This document shows, one piece after another, positions 30,308-38,760 of a DNA stretch of 64,000 bases. Position 1 is the first letter of the stretch, and the number at the start of each line of letters is the position of its first letter. The stretch is from Mycobacteriales bacterium (lineage in GTDB: Bacteria; Actinomycetota; Actinomycetes; JAFAQI01; DASSKL01): assembly GCA_035690485.1 (NCBI GenBank), contig DASSKL010000010.1, positions 856-64,855 of the forward strand, written 5' to 3'. Under the pieces are notes generated by a model, which worked only from the letters and a program-made list of their open reading frames with translations, did not search any database and was not told where the DNA came from. Position numbers and translations under genes: made by a program.

Positions 30308-30883
30308 TCATTCAGAACCCGGCGCGTCGGGGGTCAAACCGAGCCGGTGCCCGGAGCCGCGCAGCCAGTCAATGACCCGCGCCCGAGCAACCCCGTGTCC
30401 GGCCGGCAGCAGCGCGGCGCGGTCCAACAGCGTGCCGAGATCGGCCAGGCGGGCCTCGAGAAGCGCATAGGCAAACGCGAAGTCCTTCTCCCGGTGTGCC
30501 GCGAGCTTCGCGACAATCAGGTCGTGTCGCTCCAGGCACAGCGCCGTCGCCGGCTCGGCCGCTCTGGCGTCGAACCGCACCAGTCGCTCCCGCCAGCCGA
30601 CGGGCAAGATCGCCGTGCTCACGTCGACGCCCTGGGCGTAGTAGGCGAACGTCTGGTGAAACGACGAGAGCTCGCCGATGGCGCCGTCGACGAGGTTGGC
30701 CTTCGCGGAGTCGTCGTCGTCGAAGAAGGCAAGATCCGCTTCGACCGACAGCCACGCGATCTCTGGCAGATCGTCCTCGCCGAAGGTGCCGAGGATCGCC
30801 TGTGAGCCGAGGACGAGGATGTCGGGGTCTCCGGCGACGCGAGCTGCCGCGCGGAGCACGTGCGCCAGCTCCTCGCGTCTCAC
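30308..30883 (-). CDS. Nucleotidyltransferase-fold protein, AbiEii-like putative toxin
   Basis: GTG start at 30883 with a GTGA overlap to the upstream HTH gene; hG[GS] motif (ILVLGSQAILG) followed by an acidic [DE]h[DE]h site (LSVEADLAFF) as in pol-beta-superfamily NTases; 192 aa. Confidence 0.5.
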   Translation of the reverse strand: MRREELAHVLRAAARVAGDPDILVLGSQAILGTFGEDDLPEIAWLSVEADLAFFDDDDSAKANLVDGAIGELSSFHQTFAYYAQGVDVSTAILPVGWRERLVRFDARAAEPATALCLERHDLIVAKLAAHREKDFAFAYALLEARLADLGTLLDRAALLPAGHGVARARVIDWLRGSGHRLGLTPDAPGSE

Positions 30884-31404
30884 CGCACCTTCGGCGAGTT
30901 CGCCGCCCCCAGCACCCGACGCCGTTCCTCCTCGGACAGCACCCCGGCGAAGGGGTTGTTCTGCCGCAGCTCGCGGGATCTGGGCGACGGTGAGGTCAAT
31001 GCGGTCAGCAGCTCGGTCAGCGGGCCTTCCAGCAGCCGCTCCCACTCCCGCATCCAGATTCGCGCGGCCCCACGCGAGGAGGACTCCCGCATCCGGCGCA
31101 GGTTCTCGCGAGCCAGCGCCCGTGCGCTGTCCGGATCTTCCGCTATCCGGCCGGCGATCGCATGCGCCAGCAGCAACGACCGCACCTGATCGCGAGTCAT
31201 CCGGCGTGCACCTGCGGCAACCACGTCGACGTCGCGCTGACGGACCCGACGGTGCTTACCCACCCATGAACACGGCAGGACGCCTTGGTCGCACAGGTCA
31301 ACGACGTGCTGGCGGGACACGCCCAACCGCGCCGCGGCCTCGCCAGTGCTCAACAACTCCTCGCCAGTGTCGGCGGCCAGGCGTTCGGCAACGGTCCCTC
31401 TCAC
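30880..31404 (-). CDS. HTH_17 (MerR/excisionase-type) DNA-binding protein with a C-terminal helical domain; AbiEi-like putative antitoxin/regulator
   Basis: GTG start at 31404; LSTGEAAARLGVSRQHVVDLCDQGVLPCSWVGKHRRVRQRDV helix-turn-helix; 4-nt overlap with the downstream NTase gene; C-terminal domain contains RSLLLAH (Rx5H). Confidence 0.5.
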   Translation of the reverse strand: MRGTVAERLAADTGEELLSTGEAAARLGVSRQHVVDLCDQGVLPCSWVGKHRRVRQRDVDVVAAGARRMTRDQVRSLLLAHAIAGRIAEDPDSARALARENLRRMRESSSRGAARIWMREWERLLEGPLTELLTALTSPSPRSRELRQNNPFAGVLSEEERRRVLGAANSPKVR

Positions 31405-31532
31405 GGCAACTACGCTAATGCCTAACCACCAAAAACACAATGATGGAGCGGCGATATTGGGTTTTGATCGGGTCGCAGGCACCATGCACGGGCGTCTGTC
31501 GAAGCCTGCGGCAGTAGCGGACGCGCACAAGG

Positions 31533-31991
31533 TCAGGACAGATCCAGATCCTGCTTCATCGCGGCCAGCTCATCCGCCGCCGAGAGGCGCAGCAGATCGT
31601 CCTCACGCTTGTGCCGCAGGAGGCTGTCCACGAGGACGCGCCGATGAGTCCCCACCATCCGATAGCCGATCTTGCCGTCGTTCAGCAAACCGATGAGGTA
31701 GGGGCGGGAGACGTTGAGCAGGTCGGCGGCCTGCTGGGTGGTCAGCTCGGCCGTCGATGGGACGACGGCGACCCCGTGACCGGCAGCCATGTGCGCGAGG
31801 ATCCGCACGAACACCCTGAGCGCTGCCGCGGGCACGAGCACCGTCTCCCCGTCGTCCTCCTCCACCCTCAGGTGGATCGACTCGGGCAGCCGCCGGTGTC
31901 GGGTGAGGTAGGACTGCAGCGCCGGTAGGGCCTCGGCAGCACGCGTGGCGTCGTCCTTGCTCGGCAAGATCGTGTCGAGCGCTGCGGTCAT
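31533..31991 (-). CDS. Hypothetical protein with a C-terminal HTH_17 DNA-binding domain (element regulator candidate)
   Basis: 152 aa; C-terminal LTTQQAADLLNVSRPYLIGLLNDGKIGYRMVGTHRRVLVDSL; the N-terminal roughly 80 aa has no recognisable family. Confidence 0.5.
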   Translation of the reverse strand: MTAALDTILPSKDDATRAAEALPALQSYLTRHRRLPESIHLRVEEDDGETVLVPAAALRVFVRILAHMAAGHGVAVVPSTAELTTQQAADLLNVSRPYLIGLLNDGKIGYRMVGTHRRVLVDSLLRHKREDDLLRLSAADELAAMKQDLDLS

Positions 31992-32440
31992 GACTCACCT
32001 CCTCCGCAGTCGCAGTATCCGCAACAAACGAAACAGACGCAATGACGCGTCCGCCGCGATCTTCAGGGGCCATCGGCACCCAAGCAGCCCCCGCGGCCAC
32101 CGTGCTCGAGGCCGCCAACCCGAACGGGAGTGGGTCCGGCGCTTCCCCCCGGGAGGCGAGACACCGGCCCCGTATCGGAGATACCGGGGTGTGTTCCGTC
32201 TGGTTTGTGTCCTGGGTCAGGTTCGTTGGGTCACATGTTCTTGGTGATCTCGTTCGCGTTCGGGATCTTGTTGTCGTGGGTGTTGGTGTCGTGTGAGCCC
32301 GTGATCGCATTCTGGAGATTGTGGTCACTGGCGACTCCTGTGCCGAGATTGGCTCCCTGCACTCCTTCCGCGTCGATTCCGCCAGGCGGAACACCAGCCC
32401 CACTCGGCTCGCTCGAGCTTCGATCAGTCCGCGGCCCGCG

Positions 32441-32488
32441 CGGGGACGCAGGCGGGGACGTCAGCGGGGACGCGGGCGGGGACGCGTG
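32441..32488. repeat. Four tandem 12-bp iteron-like repeats (CGGGGACGNNNG) upstream of the relaxase gene
   Basis: cggggacg recurs at 32441, 32453, 32465 and 32477 (exact 12-nt period); two more copies at 32695 and 32707; sits in an 850-bp non-coding region. Confidence 0.65.
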
Positions 32489-32498
32489 TCGGGTTGCC

Positions 32499-32606
32499 GG
32501 ACAAGGTGTTGGCCAAGGATCTGGACAAGGTCGTCACGCCTGACGAGCAGAATCCGGGGCGCTTTCGGCTTGCGGCCAAGGGTTCGGATAAGGATCTGGA
32601 CAAGGT
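32499..32606. repeat. Direct repeats AAGGATCTGGACAAGGT (x2) / GGACAAGGT (x3) inside the candidate oriT/regulatory region
   Basis: aaggatctggacaaggt at 32515-32531 and 32590-32606; ggacaaggt also at 32499-32507. Confidence 0.6.
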
Positions 32607-32694
32607 ACGGGCGCCAGAGTCCTCGCCGTGCAGACGGACCGGTGGCCTGATTTCAAGATCCCCCCACGCTCGAAACCGGCCCCGGGGGCGCCGG

Positions 32695-32718
32695 CGGGGA
32701 CGTCGGCGGGGACGCCCC
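32695..32718. repeat. Second cluster of two 12-bp CGGGGACGNNNG iterons about 130 bp before the relaxase start
   Basis: cggggacgtcgg cggggacgcccc at 32695-32718. Confidence 0.6.
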
Positions 32719-32845
32719 GAGCTTGCAATGCGCGCATGGATCTCGACCCCGGTGCGCCCACCCGCCGTCCCCGCCCGCCTGCCGCCCCCTCCCCGTCGAC
32801 CCGGGCTACCGCTGCGAGGGGTGGGCGGCGGTGATCTCGGTCGAG

Positions 32846-35701
32846 ATGCTGACCGGCGGACCCGGCGCGGGGGACTACTACCTGCGCCGGCAGGCGGACT
32901 GCGCGGCTGACTACTACGTCGGTCGGGGCGAGTCGGAGGGCGTGTGGGTAGGTGCCGGCGCCGAAGCGCTCGGCCTGACGGGTCCGCTGGGTCCAGGCGG
33001 CGAGCATGTGCTGCGAGCGATGCTCGCCGGCCGCGCTCCGGACGGCCAGGTGTTGGTGGCGGCGGTGCTTCGGGCGGTTCCGGCGTCCCGGCTGCCCGCC
33101 GGCCCACTCGTGGAGGCGGTCAGGGCGGTCGCGATCGGCCAGCAACTGACCCCGTCCGAAATCCTGCCGCGGACGCCGGATGCGCGGTACCGGGTGCTGG
33201 AACGGCGGATGGACGGGCCGCGTGGCGCGACGGCGACCGTGGGCGCGGAGGACGCCGAGCGGCTGTGTTCGGCGGCCGGCCTCGACCCGGTCGCGGTGTT
33301 CCGGGCGGCGGACGGCACGGACCGGTTCAGCCCGGCGCTCGCGGCGGCCGACGGCCGAGTGGACATTCGCCGCGCTGGGATCGACGTGACCATGTCCGCG
33401 CCCAAGTCGGTTTCCGTCCTCTACGGGCTCGGCTCGCCGGCGGTCGCCGGGCAGGCGCGGGCCGCCCACGACGCCGCGGTCGCCGAGGCACTGCGCTACC
33501 TGTCGCGGGAGGCGGGGCACGGGCTGCGCGGGCATCAAGGTGATGGGCGGCGGGCGGCGCGCATCGGCACCGACGGGCTGATCGCGGCGGGGTTCACCCA
33601 CCGGACGAGCCGCGCGGACGACCCGCAGTTGCACACCCACCTGGTCATCCCGAACGTCGTACGGGGTGAGGACGGCCAGTGGAGCGCGGTGGACTCCCGG
33701 GCGGTCTACCGGCACGCCACCACGGCCTCCTACCTGTACCAAGCAACGTTGCGGGCCGAGCTGACCCGCCGGCTCGGCGTCACGTGGACCGCCCCCAAGC
33801 GGGGCATCGCCGAGATCGTGGGGGTGCCGGCTGGGCTGCGCCGGCTCTTCTCGACCCGCAGCGTCCAGATCAGCACCGAACTGGCCCGAACCGGCCGGGA
33901 CGGCCCCGCTGCGGCGCAGGTCGCCTGCCTGGCCACCCGCCCCGCCAAGTCCCACACGCCGGAGGTCGCGCTACGGGAGCGCTGGCAGCTGCGCGCCGCC
34001 GAGGCTGGTCATCCGGGCGAGCAGCTGATCGACCAGACGGTCGGCCGGCAGATCGAGTTGCCGGCGTTGCCGACGTTCGCCGAGATGAGCGACAGGCTGG
34101 TCGCCCCGACCGGGCTGACCTCGATGCAGACCAGCGTGGACCGCCGCGATCTGCTGCAGGCCGTCTGCGAAGAACTGCCGCCCGGCGCACCGGTCTCCCT
34201 CGAGCTGGTCGACGCCTACGCCGACGCCACCCTCCGCTCCACGGAGTTGGTGCGGCTGGCAGGCGCCGCCGCGGTGGTTGAGGATGGGCCGCGCTGGTCC
34301 ACAGCTGAACTGCTGGCCACCGAAAAGCACGCCTTCACCGTCGCCGCCACGCTCCGTGCCGCCGCCCCCGCCCGCCCGATCCGCTCTATCGCTTTGCGCG
34401 GCCTCAATGGCGAACAGGCGGCGCTGGTCCGCGGATTGCTCGAGCATACAGGCGGACTGACGATCGTCGTCGGCCCGGCGGGCGCCGGTAAGACCGCCGC
34501 GCTGAAGACCGCCGTCGAGGCATGGTCCGCGGCCGGCGTACCCGTGCACGGCGCGACGGTCGCCGCGCTCACCGCCCGCGAACTATCCCGGGCCACCGGC
34601 ATGCCCACAACTACGTTGACCCGCCTGCTTGCTGACGCCGACCGGCCTACCGCCGACGGTCACCCTCCGGCAGGCCTGCCGGCCGGGTCGGTGCTGGTCG
34701 TCGACGAGGCCGGCATGGTCGACACCCGCACCCTCGTCCGGCTTCTCGACCACGCCGCGGCCAGCCGAGCGAAACTCGTGCTGGTCGGGGATCCGGCCCA
34801 GCTGCCGGAGATCGGCGCCGGCGGGCTGTTCACCGCGCTCACCCGCCATCCCGACACCATCCGGCTGCAGGGCAACCAGCGGCAGCACCGACTGTGGGAA
34901 CGGGTCGCGCTCGCCCAGCTGCGCACCGGTGACATTGCCGGGGCCCTGGATGCCTACGAGGCGCACGGGCGTATCCACACGGCCCCGACCGCGGTCGACG
35001 CGCAGGTCGAGATCGTCAGCGACTACCTCGCCCTCCGGGACCAGACAGTCCATCCCGACCGGGTGCTCATGCTCACGTCCACCCGCGCCGACACGTGCGA
35101 GCTCAACGAGCTGACCCGCGCCCGGCTGCGCGCCCACGGCCGGCTCGCCGGCCCCGCACTCACCGTCATGACCGCTGACGGGGACGTACGTGACTTCCAG
35201 GCCGGCGACGAGGTGGTGGTCATCCGCAACGACCACAGCCGGGGGCTGCTCAATGGCACCCGGGCCACCGTCACCGCCGTCGACCCCCACGCCCAGTGGC
35301 TCGCCTTGACCACCCGCGACGGCGCCGGGCACACCGTCGGCACCGACTGGCTACAGGAGGATCGACTCGCCCACGGTTACGCGCTCACCGTCCATAAGGC
35401 CCAAGGCTCCACCGTCGACCACGCCCTGCTCTACGGCACCGGCGCCCTCAGCCAGGAAGCCGGCTACGTCGCCCTGTCCCGTGGCCGCGAGAGCAACCAC
35501 CTCTACGCCGCGAACCCCGACCTCGACGAGCTGTACGCCGTCGAGCGGCAAGTACCGGACTGGCTCGCCGACCGGCTCGAACAGTCAGCCCGGCAAACGC
35601 TCGCCCTCGAGCAGTACCCGGACGGCGGATCTCATCCGGACGGGCTGTTCGACTGGCTGCGAGATGACGGGCGCGGCCACGACCTCGGGATCGGCCGATG
35701 A
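32846..35701 (+). CDS. traA: MobF-family conjugative relaxase fused to a RecD-like helicase (TraA/TrwC-like)
   Basis: N-terminus MLTGGPGAGDYYLRRQ...DYYVGRGESEGVWVGAGAEALGLTG; ...TMSAPKSVSVLYG...; HTHLVIPNV three-His motif; C-terminal VVGPAGAGKTAAL Walker A, VVDEAGMV and YALTVHKAQGSTVDH helicase motifs. An alternative GTG start lies at 32831. Confidence 0.85.
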   Translation: MLTGGPGAGDYYLRRQADCAADYYVGRGESEGVWVGAGAEALGLTGPLGPGGEHVLRAMLAGRAPDGQVLVAAVLRAVPASRLPAGPLVEAVRAVAIGQQLTPSEILPRTPDARYRVLERRMDGPRGATATVGAEDAERLCSAAGLDPVAVFRAADGTDRFSPALAAADGRVDIRRAGIDVTMSAPKSVSVLYGLGSPAVAGQARAAHDAAVAEALRYLSREAGHGLRGHQGDGRRAARIGTDGLIAAGFTHRTSRADDPQLHTHLVIPNVVRGEDGQWSAVDSRAVYRHATTASYLYQATLRAELTRRLGVTWTAPKRGIAEIVGVPAGLRRLFSTRSVQISTELARTGRDGPAAAQVACLATRPAKSHTPEVALRERWQLRAAEAGHPGEQLIDQTVGRQIELPALPTFAEMSDRLVAPTGLTSMQTSVDRRDLLQAVCEELPPGAPVSLELVDAYADATLRSTELVRLAGAAAVVEDGPRWSTAELLATEKHAFTVAATLRAAAPARPIRSIALRGLNGEQAALVRGLLEHTGGLTIVVGPAGAGKTAALKTAVEAWSAAGVPVHGATVAALTARELSRATGMPTTTLTRLLADADRPTADGHPPAGLPAGSVLVVDEAGMVDTRTLVRLLDHAAASRAKLVLVGDPAQLPEIGAGGLFTALTRHPDTIRLQGNQRQHRLWERVALAQLRTGDIAGALDAYEAHGRIHTAPTAVDAQVEIVSDYLALRDQTVHPDRVLMLTSTRADTCELNELTRARLRAHGRLAGPALTVMTADGDVRDFQAGDEVVVIRNDHSRGLLNGTRATVTAVDPHAQWLALTTRDGAGHTVGTDWLQEDRLAHGYALTVHKAQGSTVDHALLYGTGALSQEAGYVALSRGRESNHLYAANPDLDELYAVERQVPDWLADRLEQSARQTLALEQYPDGGSHPDGLFDWLRDDGRGHDLGIGR

Positions 35702-35919
35702 GGCTGCTGACCATCCCCGAAGCGGCCACGGAGCTGCACGTCCCCGAAGGCTGGCTGCGCAAGAAGGTCACCGCTCGCGAAGTGCCCTTCACCCGCCTGG
35801 GCAAGCACGTCCGCTTCACCGACGACCAACTACGCGCCATCGTCATAGCCGGCGAGGTACTACCGATTGTCGTACCCGCCAGGCAAGGCCTCAGCCGGCG
35901 CGCCAGGAAGCTCGCATAA
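35698..35919 (+). CDS. xis: Excisionase/Xis-like HTH_17 DNA-binding protein
   Basis: 73 aa; LTIPEAATELHVPEGWLRKKVTAREVPFTRLGKHVRFTDDQL; ATGA overlap with the relaxase stop. Confidence 0.7.
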   Translation: MRLLTIPEAATELHVPEGWLRKKVTAREVPFTRLGKHVRFTDDQLRAIVIAGEVLPIVVPARQGLSRRARKLA

Positions 35920-35974
35920 CATGCTCGGCCAGTTTGCAGGACCCTGTCGGTTCCTTGAGGGTGCACTCGGAATT

Positions 35975-36008
35975 GGATCCGGACACCACTGTTGCGGTGT
36001 CCGGATCC
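35975..36008. terminator. Bidirectional hairpin terminator between convergent xis and the secreted-protein gene
   Basis: Perfect 13-bp inverted repeat ggatccggacacc-actgttgc-ggtgtccggatcc, 56 nt after the xis stop and 46 nt after the stop of the minus-strand gene. Confidence 0.45.
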
Positions 36009-36053
36009 AATGGCCGGATTGCTACGCCCTACCAGTTGGGTGAGTGTGCACTC

Positions 36054-36902
36054 TCAGATGCTGGCGCACGCATCGCCGCGGTCGTAGTACGGCGACGGCG
36101 TTTCCCACCAGGTCGCGTCCCACACGGTCGAGTAGTTGACTGGGCCGTAGACGACAACGACTTGTTGCCCGTACGTCACGTTCGTGTCAGACGAGTTCGC
36201 GCCTCCGGTTCCTGGGTGACAGGACGTTGCGCTGATTCCTTCGTTGGACACGGACACATGGCCCTGGTCGACCCAAGATCCCAAGTACGTGTAGGTGCCC
36301 TTGATGTAGTTGGATCCGCCGACCAAAGTCGTACCCACGCATATGGTGCCGCTGGACGTAGTGGCAGCACAGGCTGAGCCGACAGGAACAGACGCCGGGG
36401 AAACCTGTGTCGGCGACTGCGTCTCGGACGGGGATGGGCTAGCACTTGCTTGATCCGCAGACGGGCTAGCACTCTCTTGCGGCCCAGACGCGGAAGAGTT
36501 GGAATTCGCTTGCGCCCCCGAGGGCACTGGCACCGACTTCGGATCGCAACTGATCACACCGGCGACGGCCAAGGTCGTTATGTCCGCAGGCATGCCCTTG
36601 ATCCCGCTGGCGCCGCTAACGGGGATGTACTCGAGGTTCTCAAGGTGGCAACCGGAGGGAGCAAGCTCGTCCCATTTCGCGCTTCGCATGCTTGCTTGCT
36701 GGTCGGCTGCCCAGGCTTCCCACGCGCTTCTCGGCGCTGCTGCCGACGGCGCGGCCGGAAGTGGGTTTGCGTCCACGCTGGAAACAGGTTGCCCCGTTGG
36801 CGTCGGAGGCGAACCATCTGCAGCCGCGGGTGCAATGTCTGCGCCTCCCACGAAACCCAACGCGACGGCGAACGTGACTACGAACGACTTGCGACGAGCC
36901 AC
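36054..36902 (-). CDS. Secreted Cys-containing protein of unknown function (two domains joined by a Ser/Pro/Gln-rich linker)
   Basis: GTG start with AAGGGGG RBS; signal peptide VARRKSFVVTFAVALGFVGGADIAPAAA; low-complexity linker SGPQESASPSADQASASPSPSETQSP; C-terminal domain with about 5 Cys; lower-GC codon usage. Confidence 0.5.
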   Translation of the reverse strand: MARRKSFVVTFAVALGFVGGADIAPAAADGSPPTPTGQPVSSVDANPLPAAPSAAAPRSAWEAWAADQQASMRSAKWDELAPSGCHLENLEYIPVSGASGIKGMPADITTLAVAGVISCDPKSVPVPSGAQANSNSSASGPQESASPSADQASASPSPSETQSPTQVSPASVPVGSACAATTSSGTICVGTTLVGGSNYIKGTYTYLGSWVDQGHVSVSNEGISATSCHPGTGGANSSDTNVTYGQQVVVVYGPVNYSTVWDATWWETPSPYYDRGDACASI

Positions 36903-36943
36903 TGCAACCACCCCCTTCTTGTCAACAATTGGACTTAGGTGTC

Positions 36944-38062
36944 TCAACTCGATGGACGAGTCTCTGGCGCGTTCAGCGTGATCGGGCCTGGCAGCGCGGC
37001 AACGGCGATGCTGTCGTCGAGTCCCCATTCCAGTCGGGCACTTCCCTGGCCGGCGGGGACCTCGATTTGCATCGCGAATGTGGCGCTGTCCCCGGCCTTA
37101 ATGCCGTTTGTCTCGTCGCAGTTGAGGCGGTACTGGCCGACGGTGGCGTCAGTTGGCTGGTCGTAGCCGGCACCCATGTATTGGGTGTAGATCGGACAGC
37201 GGTTGAAGATCACGTCCCGATCGGACGGATTGTGGAGGGTAACCGTGTAAGTGACCGTGTCTCCGCTGGTAGCCGCGCGGGGAGCGCTGATCGTGATCAC
37301 CAAGCCGTTCAACTCCGAGGTGGCCGCCGCGGGCGTGGTGAACGCGCTGTACGTGAAGGCCGTATGCCGAAAACCGTTGCACGGAGTGTCGGTCGCAGCG
37401 GGGAAGGCGATTGTCACCTCGCCGCCCCCCGGGGCCGGCACCCGGAAGGCTGTCGCGGTGGCATTGGATTCGCCAGAAGGCATTGGGGGCAACGTGTCGC
37501 ACTCGTCTGAGTAGCTGAACACGATCGCCGCACGCTCCCCAGGCTTTAGGTTTGCCGGCGGGGCGGTGTGCACATGAGGGTCAGCCGTCACGGTCGTCCC
37601 GCTGACCCGACCACCGCCGGTCAGTTCCACGCTTATGTCAGAGGCATAGCCGGACAGCGTGCAGGGCTGGCTGCCACGATTGGTGAACCAGAGCAGAAGG
37701 CGATGATCGTGAACACCAAGGCCCGCGTCGACTGGTTCGGCGCGACCTTGCATTTCCGCGGCGCCGCAGGCTGGATACTCGGCCGAGTTGTCGACTTCTA
37801 CGGGCTGGTTGACCCATGGCGCCGGCTGCGCGCTTCCCATACGGATCGGGACCGGCTCAGTAGAGTGCCCGGCGAGGCTGTAGGTAGAGAGGACGGCGAC
37901 GACGGCGGTCGTCGTGGCCGTCGCCGTTAGAACCGCGACAGCGCGGCGAGAGCGGCGTCGGCGGTCGATACGCCGGTGCAGTTCTTCCAGAAATTCCCCC
38001 TGTACCGCAACGACGGGAACGTCTTCGAAGGCACGAACTAGCTCACGTTCTGCATCGTTCAT
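36944..38062 (-). CDS. Anti-sigma factor with extracytoplasmic DUF4232-like domain
   Basis: ATGA overlap with the sigma gene; N-terminal cytoplasmic segment MNDAERELVRAFEDVPVV..., a single TM (AVAVLTATATTTAVVAVLS), and an ectodomain with HRLLLWFTNRGSQPCTLSGY typical of DUF4232. Confidence 0.55.
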   Translation of the reverse strand: MNDAERELVRAFEDVPVVAVQGEFLEELHRRIDRRRRSRRAVAVLTATATTTAVVAVLSTYSLAGHSTEPVPIRMGSAQPAPWVNQPVEVDNSAEYPACGAAEMQGRAEPVDAGLGVHDHRLLLWFTNRGSQPCTLSGYASDISVELTGGGRVSGTTVTADPHVHTAPPANLKPGERAAIVFSYSDECDTLPPMPSGESNATATAFRVPAPGGGEVTIAFPAATDTPCNGFRHTAFTYSAFTTPAAATSELNGLVITISAPRAATSGDTVTYTVTLHNPSDRDVIFNRCPIYTQYMGAGYDQPTDATVGQYRLNCDETNGIKAGDSATFAMQIEVPAGQGSARLEWGLDDSIAVAALPGPITLNAPETRPSS

Positions 38063-38556
38063 TTCGGTTGCTCCGCTTCCCGCAATGGCGAGCCGAGCCG
38101 TTCTCTTAGCGTGCGCAAGGCCTTGGCCGACTGGCTCTTCACGGTGCCGACGCTGCATCCCAAGGCCGCTGCGGCCTGTTGTTCGGAGTAGTCAGCCACA
38201 TAACGCAGCGCCAACACCGCTCGCTGACGCGGAGGCAAAGCGGCGAGCGCGTCCCACACCTCGAAACTCCGGCCGACCGGCTCATAGAATTGCTCCGGAA
38301 CTACGGCGACCAGGCGTTCCAAGCGGCGACGTCGCCACCAACTGATCCTCTGGTTCACCATGACCTGACGGACGTACCTGGCCGGGTCCCCGCTTGCGAG
38401 CACACGAGACCACCGGGTCCCGACCTGCAACAGCGCTTCCTGCACCAAGTCGTCGGCATGCGCGGAGTTGGCGGTCAGCGCATATGCGAAGCGAGAGAGT
38501 TCCGGCATACGGACACGCACGAACGCGTCGAACGACGCTCGTTCGTCGGCGTCCAC
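38059..38556 (-). CDS. ECF (sigma-70 family group IV) RNA polymerase sigma factor
   Basis: 165 aa; region 2 (ADDLVQEALLQVGTRWSRV...YVRQVMVNQRISWWRR) and region 4 HTH (QRAVLALRYVADYSEQQAAAALGCSVGTVKSQSAKALRTLR). Confidence 0.8.
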   Translation of the reverse strand: MDADERASFDAFVRVRMPELSRFAYALTANSAHADDLVQEALLQVGTRWSRVLASGDPARYVRQVMVNQRISWWRRRRLERLVAVVPEQFYEPVGRSFEVWDALAALPPRQRAVLALRYVADYSEQQAAAALGCSVGTVKSQSAKALRTLRERLGSPLREAEQPK

Positions 38557-38760
38557 GCTTCACCACCTTCCGCCAGTAGCACGCACGAGGAGGTGGAAAG
38601 GTTGCCCGGGCCGACCAGCAGATTGGGCGACAGGGTTGCCGGACCAGGCAAACGTTCCTGAAAGCGACCTCCGTAGTCAGGTGTACGGCCCCCGACTCCG
38701 GGCCGAATCGCCATTGTCAGTCAGACCGGGCATGCTGCGCCCGAACGAGGAATGGCACCC

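Noticed and set aside
32441-32718. CRISPR array
   Set aside because: 12-bp period with 4-nt variable positions and no spacers of phage-like length, so these are iterons.
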